Shown here: positions 1 to 42,492 of the stretch, piece after piece
How positions within the stretch are numbered: the stretch's first letter is position 1
How the letters are laid out: every line of letters begins with the position of its first letter
Origin: Octopus sinensis
Taxonomy: Eukaryota
Assembly (NCBI RefSeq): GCF_006345805.1
Contig: NC_043009.1
Location: forward strand, 56,482,001 to 56,546,000
DNA length: 64,000 nucleotides
Direction: 5' to 3'
Notes under the pieces: generated by a model
Told to the model about the DNA's origin: nothing
Databases searched by the model: none
Seen by the model: the letters and a program-made list of their open reading frames with translations, nothing else
Program-made: the position numbers and the translations under genes

Positions 1-3000
1 TGCCTCCTCTCCAAACATTAAATAGCATGTAACTAGAGCCTTGAAAGTTGTTATAGATGCTGGGTCTCATCATTACTTGGGATATCTTCTAGTCAGCATG
101 CATCCTCAACATGACTGAAACTGCATTAAAAAGACAGGTCTTATTCTTTGATACCAGAAAATATTTCAGCCCTCAACAACAACTTCAGTGAAGTGAGGTT
201 GATGGTACAGTCCACAGATGTGCTGTTTCCTCTTTTAGCTTTGTCTTTTACTACTACAGTGGTCTCTGGTCCTTGCAACTTTCTAGTTTTGTGCCATCTT
301 CATTCAGGTACTCTTTGAATCACTCAGCTCTCGTTTTCTTGATACTCATGTTGTGTCTAAACTCTCAAGGTACCTCACTGACTGCTATGCTCCATCCTTT
401 CTCTGTATAACATAAGCCCTCTGGAATTCCTTCATAGTACATATTTTTGCTGCAATCATCAGCTTTCAACTTTTTTCAGAAGATTATATTGCAGCAATTT
501 CATTACTTTGGATGTTTTGTGAAGGCCATGGTACATCCTGTTCTCCATATCAAGTCAGTTGTAAATAAATTATTTAAAAGATGTCAGGGGAGTTAAGTAG
601 AGATATTAACTATGGAATAAAATGAAAACATTTAGTTTCTATTTCAGAGGTCACTTTTGGATGTATTTTTCTGAAATGACCCTTCACTAAAAGGTTCACA
701 AAAGAACCTAATTTGTAAAACCTGTCTTCAATTTATTGTATTTTCTCTAGAGTGTAATGTTAATTTTGGGGGTTAATATATCTGTGTAATGTTTTTTATA
801 GGAACTTTTATAATTTCAAATCATATTGTCTTTGCTCTTGTTCAATTTCTTCCTTGTACCGTCTCTCTTGTTAACAGACATTAAATGAATATATTGAGGA
901 CATGACACCTCCCTAGTGATAGTGCCTTGAAAAAGAAAAAAAGGAAACCGGTACACTTTGTACAATGGTTGGCATTAGGAAGGGCATCTGACCATGAAAC
1001 TCATGAGAGATGTTTTCATTTTGTCATTTTGTTTGGAAACATTTTCCTAAGCAGTTCAGTTTTCAAAACTGTCATACTTTCAATACATGACATAAGATGT
1101 AATTGTGTTTGTGCAAATATTCTTAGTCTTACTCTGAAGATTGTATTGAGTTAAAACCCCGGCTAAAATGTTTTGAAATCATGTCCCTGACAACATTGTT
1201 TTATTCTTTTACTGGTTCCAGTCATTGGGTTGCAAACTAAGGCTTTTAATCTAGAACTTATTTCAATTTGGCACTTATTTTATCAATTTCTATTTATTGA
1301 ACCACTAAGTTACAACACATAAAAGAGACATATATATATTGTTATAGGCGCAGGAATGGTTGTGGTTTCAGGTTCAGCTCCTTAGATGTTAGTGTCTTTT
1401 ACTATAAACCTGCCATGTGAGTGAATTTGGTAGATGGAAACTGCAGGAACCCCATCATATTTGTATGTATGTATGTAAACATAAATGTTTGTCATTGTTT
1501 ATATATTCCATGCTTGCTGATGTTGGCATTCCGTGGTCACTTGAGGTATAAAGAATCCCATACTTGAAAAACAGCTTGGTTACAGGAAGAGCTATTTATA
1601 AAATCCTGCCTCAAATAATAAATCTTGGTCCAAACTCATGTTAACTTGGGAAAAACAGACATCAAATGAACGGATTGAGAACACGACACTCCAGTGATTG
1701 TGTTACAAAAATAAAAAGTGCACTCAGTACACTGTAAAGTTTTGGTGTTAGGAAGAATTTTCAACCATACAAAGGCAGAAATGAAACTCACTGGCAAAAT
1801 GTGCTTCTCCAACCTTCTGAATATTTGCTGATTTAAACTGTTGAAAGCCATCCAACCAATGCTAGTATAGAAAATGGATGTAAAACAATGATAATGATAG
1901 GCTTCTGCATAGTTTTCACCTACCAAAATTCACTCACATGTTTTTGATTGGCTTGGTTAATAAGAACACATGCTTCATAGAAAGATTATATATGTTAATA
2001 CACAATAATTTGCTCAAAACATGTCTAAATTATCTTTTGTAACAAGTGCATATAGATTGCTATAATATACTAATGCTAATCTGTATAAAAAGTTTTTTAA
2101 TAAAAATATGCATATGCATATATGCACACACACACACACACACATACAGATGTCTTCAAGTAAAAAAAAGTAAGGCAATGAATGAATATCTTGATATTAA
2201 TAATTATAAAATGTGAAAAACAAAAGTTGTCACCAAAGATGACAACAGTACTAACATAGAGAATTGCCCTACAAACTTACATTTTTATGAGACCATCATT
2301 CTATTCTTCACTGCTTTAAACCTAGGCTTTCGTTGTAGTATGTGTGATTATGTCATTGGAGTCATTGTTTTTTACAGTTGGCTGGCTCAGCTACAAGGCT
2401 GTTAGTTGTAAAATAGTGAAACCTGTTTTGTCTGTGAGGCCAAAAACAAGATACAGCAGAGTTATGTGCCTTGATCAGAGGCACAACACTAAGATTGTAT
2501 TACTTTTCACTTTTCACCTTGTGGTCAGTTCAGCACAGAAGCTTATCTGCTTTACATGTGAAAGAAATTGTTGGCTATAATTAAGGAACAAAATCATTAA
2601 GTACTGACACTAGCTGAGGAGGGGGGAAAAAAGAGAGAGTAGTATGACTTCACTGAATTATAATTATTATATAGATGGAGAAATTAATTGACTGTTATGA
2701 ATGTTCTTGAAATAATCAATTTATACAAGAATAAAGTTTTTTTTATTTAATGAAAAAATTCACTAATTAAAAAAAATATCTCTTTCTTAATTTTCTCCAT
2801 AAAAAGATAATTCTATGTTTGAAGAAGTTCCATCAAATAAAAATAAATTTAACATTTTTATAAATATTTCACTACATGTTTATGAAAATGTTATTCTTTG
2901 CATTTAGGCTGTAACCATAAATTAGAAACCACATGTTCTTTTGGTTGTTAGTCTTCAATTTTCTTGCATTTCATTTAGATTCTTGACCTTCCATCCATTC

Positions 3001-3179
3001 TTAAAAGTGGGTGAAATCTTGCAAATTTCTCATCAGCCATTTACCATTGTGAATTTTCCTGGTAGAGTAACTGCATTTGATTCATTTTAAAAGGAGGGTA
3101 GCTAGATATTGTAAACAAAATGTATACATTTACACGGGCTGCATCAAAAGAAAGGAAAGATTCAGAGCCAAAAGAAAAA

Positions 3180-4080
3180 AAATCTAAATTTCAGATAGTC
3201 AACCCATGTGGGATAAAAGAAACTTAACATAAATGGCTCAGTTGTTGATGTTTTTCTATGACATTTGCTGGAATCACAGGTTTGCATAAATTTGTCATTG
3301 TGAAGTCATTTTCTTTGGAAGATGCTAAAAAAAAAAATTGTGACAAATGAATCACATGTTCAGAATTGAAACCATAATTCTATCGGCCTTCTCATGCCTA
3401 ATGTATCAAGTTCATTCAACCATTTAAATAACTTGCTGTTGACTTCAACCACCATACAACTCTTATCACTACATGTTTGTGATGACAGATGAATACTCAA
3501 GGTTCCCTTTACATTTGCATGTTCAGTTATGACGGCTACTACAGTAATTTGCTGTCTTCAAAATTTATTTTTTATGTTTGATCTGAAACAGCTCCATCCA
3601 AAATCTCTTCCTGGTGACATTGAAATAGAACATCTAAATGGATATCCATGGAGAACACTAACATATACCCCTCCTTCATGAAAGCAGCCAGAAAAATGGT
3701 GCAGTGATATTTTAGGAGCTTCAGTACTTTTGAATACATCTCTCTTTTGTCCTCCACATAAAAGACTGAATGGCTCACTAGATCTGGAGAAGTTGCTGAA
3801 CTAGTTTAATCCTAACAATAAATATGACCCAAAGGTCAATCATGTTAAACTAATTGACACTACTCATCCCTATGCCCTGAGTATCAAATACTCAGATAGT
3901 TGAAATTGCACAACCTTGACTCCATTTGGAAGGCCAAGCCCCACAAGAAATTGGTTAAACTGTTGGTGATTTCTGTGACTTCAGCTTAATGAAGAAATGG
4001 CACAATAATGGATGTTCCAACACTGATTGCTGAACTGATATGCCGAGAAGTCAACTCAACGAACTCGAGTGGAGCAGTCT
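3180..4080 (+). mobile_element. Degenerate Gypsy/Ty3 LTR retrotransposon pol relic (integrase)
   Basis: Broken translation GITGLHKF..SLEDAK..ITCSELKP*FYRP..IKFIQPFK*LAVDF / MFVMTDEYSRFP (3488-3508) / FTFACSVMTATTVICCLQNLF, then KYDPKVNHVKLIDTTHPYA near 3820. Collinear with the Gypsy integrase zinc finger, core and C-terminal motifs; many stops and frameshifts. Confidence 0.75.
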
Positions 4081-5480
4081 AGTGTCAATCCAAGTATTGA
4101 AAAGGAAATCATGATTCTGGCACTGAATTTCCTTGTTCCTCAATATGGATCTGGAAAGTACTGGAATGACTCTATCTTTAAAGCACTTCTATATTCTATG
4201 AAATCAAGGTGCACTATTTTATACTTTGGTTGAAGGCTGGAGCCTACTATCTGCAATAAAAATGACATTTAACATTTGTGTTTCGAATACTGGAGTTGAA
4301 TATTTTAGTGAAATAAATTAATTTGATTCTCAGTAACTGTTTTTCATCACAACAATACTGTCCTGAGAAAGACATGGTAGAGCATATATTGGTCTTATAA
4401 TTAACTGCAGGGTACATGGTAGTGACTTTTTAAATAATGTTGTGTTAGTCATATTTGTAACAATGAAGTATTCAAGTCAGTGCTTATTTTTTTGTATTTT
4501 TCCCAGTGTTTTGTGGTAATCAGTCACATACTTCATTGGTTTTGTAGCTAAATACCACTCTACAGGTTGTAAATTATAGCTTCATCTGCATTTATTTCAC
4601 AGAAGGAGCACTGTATGAGTGTGTTGTTCACTAGAGTTTTGTATAAGATTAATTTCTGTTGGAGGCCAAAATATTTTCTGTCTCTAAAAAGGAAGGTCAA
4701 TCTTTCTAGTGTTGTATTTTCTATGTTGAGATTGTGAGATAATCAATAGAGATCATCGATGATGGCAAGGTCTAGCATTTGTAGCAACTTTGAGGGTTTT
4801 AGCAGCATGTTGTTCAAGCTTAGGGATAGAGGACAAGATTGTTCTCTTGGTGTATGCAGTGATTGTATTTTAGTGCTGTTGAAGGAGACAACCTAGCCAT
4901 GTTTTCATGGTTTCTGTTCATGGAGGTAAACAGGTTTTATATGCAGGGTTTATGTTGCACGTGGATGACCTTGGGAAGGTTAAAGGGGAATGAAGGGTAA
5001 TATAATTTGACGGCACCAAACCTTGTTGGAGTTGATGGCAAGTAGGTCTTTGATGTAGAAGGAAAGAGTGTGGAAAACAAAATTGAACCTTGCATCCAGC
5101 ATTATTGATAGTGAGGGTCAACATGAGCTTCATTAGCACATGCTGCAACGGTGTGATTTGATGGAAAGACTTATCCAAAATAGCTGTACACAAACACTGT
5201 AGGCAGATAAGTTTATTGAAATGTGATGTTAAAAAAGCTTATCAATAATTTCTGTATGCTCAATTGAGCAGATATTTGATTAAATACAGGTTGAATCTCA
5301 CCAATCCAGAGTTTGCTTGTCTGGAAATTTTTATGGTATGGATGGTGTTTCAAATGTGGTGGTCATTAGTTTGCAAAACACAACTTGTGCTCCTTATTTA
5401 TTATGTCCACCAAAGCTGACTTACAGTGGTTGATGCTATTGTACAGGTATTTTCTTTGATTAATGATATTTTACCCTTCA

Positions 5481-5924
5481 CACTTTTGATACCAACCTGT
5501 CTGAGACCATCCCTGGCATCTGTGATTTACACTTCCTGTTTTAAAGTGATTTAAGTTCAAACCTTTCATCAAAATTTCATGTTTATGACCCAAACACTGG
5601 CTTAACCCTTCAGCATTGAAACTGGCCATATCTGGCCAAAAGATTCTACCTTTTATTATGTTCAAACTGGCTAAATGATGACCTTTCAAACCAACCCAAC
5701 AATATCATTCTAAAAATTAACAGTCACCTCATCAAAATATCAAAGCTATCAGATAATGCACGATTGATTCAAAACAATGTGAATAAAAAAAGCAGTGTAT
5801 TTAACAGAATAATCTGAATGCAAAACGGTTAATAATGACAAAAGTTATTTTATTAAATTCATCATTTTCAAAATGGATTAAAACAAAAGCAGTGTATTTT
5901 TAATGGAAATATTGTAATAAAGGG
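5481..5924 (-). mobile_element. TTAA-type MITE family 1, interrupted by a family 2 copy
   Basis: Reverse-complement match to the copies at 14320 and 15208; split at its internal TTAA (5602-5605 and 5829-5832). Confidence 0.75.
5606..5828 (-). mobile_element. TTAA-type (piggyBac-like) MITE family 2
   Basis: TTAA|CCCTTCAGCATT...AATGCAAAACGG|TTAA; same family as 9124, 19677, 24931, 27257 and 47652. Confidence 0.8.
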
Positions 5925-6372
5925 TTTAATATACATCTAAGAGACAAAAAAGTAGTGTGAGTGGTGGTAATGTTGCTAAACATAAACTTGAGATATTAAC
6001 TCTGTTGCAAAAGCTGGTGTTGGGGGATGAAAAAAGCTCATCAATGAAAGTCTTATGTGCAGGACTGGCAGTTTGTGATAAAGAAGTTGAGTAAGGATGA
6101 GCTATGTTTATGCCTCTGTATGTTGCATTGCCATCAATAATACAATATATGCTTATTTTGCCACTCATTACTCCCATCTTCATTGATTTAGAAAGTCTGC
6201 TATTCTAGCATATGTCTGGTCCTGAGTTCGTCAGATTAGTGAAGTTTAACCTGTGCTGTCTTTTGAGATGTTCTGTATTTCTGACTATAGTGAGAATTGA
6301 GGGAAATCAGCCCCTTTATTGATATGAAATTTATTGTATCATTCTTGTGGGTTGTCTTGTCTTAGCTACTTT

Positions 6373-6632
6373 CATCATCATCGTTTAACGTCCATTTTCC
6401 GCGCTAGCATGGGTTGGACGGTTCGACCCGGGTCTGGGAAGCCAGGGGCTGCACCAGGCTCCACTCTGATCTGGTAGTGTTTCTACAGCTGGATGCCCTT
6501 CCTAACGCCAACCACTCCACGAGTGTAGTGGGTGCTTTTTACGTGCCACCTGCACAGGTGCCAGGGGGGGTCTGGCATTGGCCACGATCGGTTGGTGCTT
6601 TTAACGTGCCACTGGCATGGAAGCCAGCCAAG
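6373..6632 (-). mobile_element. Short retroposon sharing the RTE LINE 3' end, (GAT)n tail
   Basis: Collinear with 32797-33010 (catcatcatcgtttaacgtcc...gcatgggttggacgg...ctggatgcccttcctaa). Confidence 0.8.
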
Positions 6633-7210
6633 GCATATGAAAATCAAAACTGTTAAGGAGTTAAAACAACCAGCTCATGAAATTGCTGATTGACAGATTA
6701 TTTAATTCTGGTAATACATCTTCTATCTGATACTCTAATTCAGTTTCTTCTATTGAAAAATTCAATATTCATACATGTTTTTATATATACGTATATATAT
6801 TTTTTTAAACATTATACTAAATAAATTTACCTTTTTGATAAGGTCAATGCTTATAACATTTCACAACTTCTTAGTAAACATCTACAGCTGGTATCGTTCA
6901 AACTGATATTGAATTCTTGTTGGTTGACAAAATGTGAGCTGGAAGTGGGTGAGTATTCAGGCAAGGATGTTCATGAGTAAAAAAGAGCAATGTATCAAGT
7001 ATAAGATGTAGGTTAAATAGCATAGTGGCAGTGGAAGGAGTGAGGGAAGTAGGAGCAGTATACAAGTTGATAAATGCAGAATACAGTAAAAGACAAAGTA
7101 ATTTAAATTTTCGGCTATGAGTATACACTATATATTTCAAGAATTATCTTTTAAATATTTATTTTTCTAAATCATGTCAGCATAATTTACATTTTGCCTT
7201 GTGTTGTGCA

Positions 7211-7261
<51 letters not shown>

Positions 7262-7364
7262 TTTACAGTGCTTCTTTTTCTGATATATGTTTTATTGACA
7301 ATATATATATATATATGATATCATCATTGTTTAACATCCACCTTCCATGCTGGCATGGGTGAGG

Positions 7365-7397
<33 letters not shown>

Positions 7398-7443
7398 GCG
7401 TGTGTATGTATATCTATATGTATATATAGTGTGTATACATGTA

Positions 7444-7492
<49 letters not shown>

Positions 7493-7496
7493 TGTA

Positions 7497-7690
7497 TATA
7501 ATTATTAAAATTATAAATAAGGGTATCTAAGAGATACCGCCATGCTTGAAATAGCAGTCAAAACCCGATTCTAAAGCCACCTCATTGATATATACATACA
7601 TTGATGTGGTTTTAGAGTCAGGTTTTGACTGCTATTTCAAGCATGGTGGTATCTCTTAGATACCCTTATATATAATTTTAATTATTATAA
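7497..7690. repeat. Long inverted repeat / fold-back element (arms about 88 bp)
   Basis: ...AAGGGTATCTAAGAGATACCGCCATGCTTGAAATAGCAGTCAAAACC... versus ...GGTTTTGACTGCTATTTCAAGCATGGTGGTATCTCTTAGATACCCTT...; about 7 mismatches, loop about 15 nt. Confidence 0.9.
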
Positions 7691-7829
7691 CCTATAAGGT
7701 TTTTTTCTTCCCATACTGCCACACTTGATTTGATTACTATTTAAAATAACAATCTTATCCTTCCTTATTTATAAAGAAAGTTTTATAACCTATGCTTGCA
7801 TGGAAAGCGGACATTAAACGATGATGATG

Positions 7830-7862
<33 letters not shown>

Positions 7863-8138
7863 ATATATATATATATAGTGTATTTATGTATATGTATAGT
7901 GTTAAAGGTGTTAAATGATCGAGACCTTGGGCAATTTGCTTTAGAAGAATACCCATGAAACCAAGTGAAGTAATAGTTGTTATAGATACTGGCGTCATGC
8001 AATTGGTATCCATATCAGTGGCACATAAAAGCACCCATTAGACTCTTGGAGTGGTTGGCATTAGGAAGGGTATCTTCTAAAACCACAGGTTGATGCAAAT
8101 CTTGTGAGTAGATTTGGTAGGTGGAAACTGAAAGAAAC

Positions 8139-8170
<32 letters not shown>

Positions 8171-9123
8171 ATTGTATGTGCCAGTATATGTATTCATATT
8201 TCCATATCTTTGCATTGTATGCTAATTGTAAACAAAATCCACCATTACATAAGTGATATTATCTGTGCAATCTTCCATAAAAAAGTATGTGTGGCTACTG
8301 TTTAATGTTTAGAGGACTAAGGCAAATATTACCTTACTTGAGAACAGGTGAGAGTTGGTGACAGGATAAGCATCTAAACAGAAAATTTTCTGCAAAAGAC
8401 CAATTTGTTGCCTGGAAAAATAGATATTAAAAAGATGATGAGGTTACATTTAATAGGCATAGCTGTACACTGAAAAAAAGTTTCATTTTACAACCACATG
8501 GTTTTGGATTCAGTGTAACTGGTTGGCCTCTTTGGCAAGTGTCTTCTGCTTTAAACCCATATGTTATGTATGAAATTTGGCAGGTAGGAACTATGTTTGT
8601 GTGTTTATGTTTACTGTGGTGTAAAAAAAAATACTGGTGTTATGTCATGTCCTGTAACTTAGCAGTTGTTTCACTAAATGAAGTACCAGACTGAAATACT
8701 ACTGGGTAAGATATTAGTGGAATGCTGGAAGGCATTGCCCCACCATGGTTGCAATCTAATGGATGAAACCAATGAAAAAATATATTAGGAAAATATGTTT
8801 AGAGATGAGGCTTTTGACTCTGCAAAGTCTTTATATTCAAAAATCCTTGCCTATAAAGATAGTAATGTGGTGTCAGGCTTGTTTCAGCATGTAACCTCAC
8901 CGAGTCCCAGAAGCATTGTATTCAGTATATTGCAAAACAGGCCATGCATTCAAGATAATTTACTTTATTTATCCTTCTCTGAATCGAATAATACAAGTAC
9001 TTGATTTCTTGAAATTAAATTAAGAGGGTATTCACCTATGAACTGCTTGGTGTAAATTTTCAGATTGACAAATCTTTGCCAGGATAAGTAAAATAATTGC
9101 AATGCTGTTGAAAGTATATTTAA

Positions 9124-9310
9124 CCCTTTAACATTCAGATACTCTGTCAAATGTAATGCTTAGACCTTCATATTATTTGGAATCAATCATGAGATTTCGA
9201 TGTGACTTTATTTTTAGAGTGACATTGTCGGGTAAGTGTGAGAGGCCAAATCTGGCCGGTTTGAACATAAAATTGGTAGAATATTTGATCCACTTTAAAT
9301 GCTTAATGGA
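9124..9310 (+). mobile_element. TTAA-type MITE family 2
   Basis: TTAA|CCCTTTAACATTCAGAT...AAATGCTTAATGGA|TTAA. Confidence 0.75.
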
Positions 9311-9399
9311 TTAACTATTATTAACAGTTTGTCAGTAATTCACTATACATAATATCAAATGCTGTTATCCTAATATACTTGAATATGTATTTTTTCCAG

Positions 9400-40281
<30,882 letters not shown>

Positions 40282-40830
40282 AGCAACTTGTGTCCTAACT
40301 CTGCTGCTGCTGCTGCTGTTGCCATGCTGCCAACAAAATTTCAGCCAACCCAAAAATGCCTGCCTGCTCAGACTCAGTTATGTCCCCCTTTTGATGGTTT
40401 ACCTGCCATCATTATAAATATTAACAACTTTAATAATCTCTATTATGGCAACTAATTGTGTTGAAAATACAAATAGAGAACAGCTACTTGTTTGTGCACA
40501 CTGTCATCTTTCTATATCATAGAAAGCTTTTTATCAAATGAAGTTGAGTTTTGATACAAGGCAGGGATATAAGGATTGACTGTTTTTTAATTTATCCAGA
40601 CTCCACTCTTTTGTGATAAAAAAAAAAAAAAGAAATCTAGGTCAAGAGCATTACTCCCCCACCCTTTGCCATTTTGCTGATTGTGCTGAGTTGACCACCA
40701 GTTTAGCATGTGGTGTGCTAAAATAGTTTTCTTCTTTAGATTGCTTCATTATTTGGACTATTTTTTAATATTTAGTTTCACCATCATCATCATTATCATC
40801 ATTAATATTATTATTATTATTATTATTATG

Positions 40831-40871
<41 letters not shown>

Positions 40872-42492
40872 ATATCATCATCACTCTTACAGTAGTCCTC
40901 TGACATGTTTCTGCAGACTTCTATGATATTTTTAAAATTAATTAATCCACCAAAAAAAAGAAAAAAGAAAAAAAAAATTGGTGAGATGTATTAAGGAAAC
41001 ATCAAATAACATTTCAAAAAAGAAAAAAAAAAAAGTATTAGTTGTAAGTTTTGTGTCTTAAGAAATATTTTGATAAAAATAGTATTAAAGAAGAAGATGT
41101 TGTTAAACAATGCAGTCAAATATATATAAACACACAAACACATACACACACACACATGTACTTCACAAACTGAAACATTTTCTACAGTTTCCTTTCACTT
41201 AAGAACACTATACCTTGATGTAGTTTAAACATTTTTGGATTTCTAATTTTGCAAAGAGAAGCAATATTGGGGAAACCAAACAGTTTTAATATCTTTTGAC
41301 TGGTATAACCCTAAGATCTTGTCATTGTTTTCTTCTTCCTATGGACAAAAAAAAAAGATGGGAAGGGTGAGTGTAATGAAATGAATATTTTTGCGTTTTT
41401 TTTTTTCCAACTTTTATTAATGAGTGCAGCTTTGATAATTTAAAAAAAAAACAAATTTTAGTTAATAAGTACTTAAGATGATTGCTCTTCCCTCTGATGT
41501 GGTGGCAAAATGGAAAAATTTTGAAGGGAGGTATGAATGAACAAGCACATTGTATATGTGTATGCACATTTGCACATGCATTCGTATGCATGCATATCTA
41601 TACACAGAAAAAATAAAATGCAATGATCTCCATTCTCTTGGAGTTATTTTTTTTTTATATATATATATATATAATTTTGTTTTGATGATTGCTAGTGTTT
41701 TGAAATATGGTATAAAAGCTTTCCACTTATCAATTTAACAGGAGGGGGACATGCGTGCACACACACACAAAATTATGATTTAAAGAGAAGAAATGAAATT
41801 AAAACTATTGAATTAGTGTTCAAAACCACAAAATAGCAGAAATGACCCTTGTCCTCAATGTATCTCTTTGTTCAGAATTATTTTAAGATGCTTTGTTATA
41901 TAGTACTATAACTGCATTTTCTGTTTTTGTTGTTTAAAGAAAGCATTAAATCTTTAATTGAGGTATGTTCCATGCCCTGTTCAAGTGAAGTTTTCTCCAT
42001 TATCTTTGCTCCAAGAAAATCAAAGTTAGTGTCGACCAAAAAGTAAAATTACAAACAATAAAATGTTAGCTGAGAAGGAAGGCCTAAAGATGGTTTCTTG
42101 TTGCCAGTTCTTTACCTCAAATACTATGAGTATTTAAAAAAATATATATATATTTCTCATTTCATGAGCAAGACATTGAGTTACTGTGAGGCCAGTTAGA
42201 AATTTAATAAGAGAATTTACACTATTCATTATACCAATTTCACTTCTTTTTAAAATATTCTCTTGCATATTTTACTATCAACAGAACAGCTAAATTTGTT
42301 TATCTCCCTATAAGTTTGTTTTTGCAGTAGACTTTTAAAATCAAAATTTTTTCAGTTACTTTTTTATGTTCTTGTTTAGTTTAGATTTTGTGGAGGTGTT
42401 GGATTAATTTACTGGATTATTGGATTACTTTAACGAAAAGGCATATCTTTATTTTTTTTTTATAGAATCGCTGATCAAAAATTTGGAATAAA
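40282..42492 (+). other. Probable long AU-rich 3' UTR of NAA15 (end uncertain)
   Basis: TE-poor, AT-rich stretch after the stop; AATAAA at 41612, 42057 and 42487; the true cleavage site cannot be determined from sequence. Confidence 0.4.
40783..40870. repeat. (ATC)n/(ATT)n microsatellite in the presumed 3' UTR
   Basis: Direct reading. Confidence 0.95.

Larger units (their letters stand above)
5287..6253 (+). mobile_element. Internally deleted Tigger/pogo-like DNA transposon hosting nested MITEs
   Basis: TA|CAGGTTGAATCTCACCAATC ... GATTAGTGAAGTTTAACCTG imperfect TIRs; internal remnants KHKLEILTLLQK and FMPLYVALPSIIQ resemble pogo-family HTH and FLPPN motifs. Confidence 0.55.

Noticed and set aside
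1-9399. First coding exon of NAA15 (expected MP..LPPKE..LFKRIL)
   Set aside because: No matching peptide with a donor site was found by eye; it probably lies upstream of the window.
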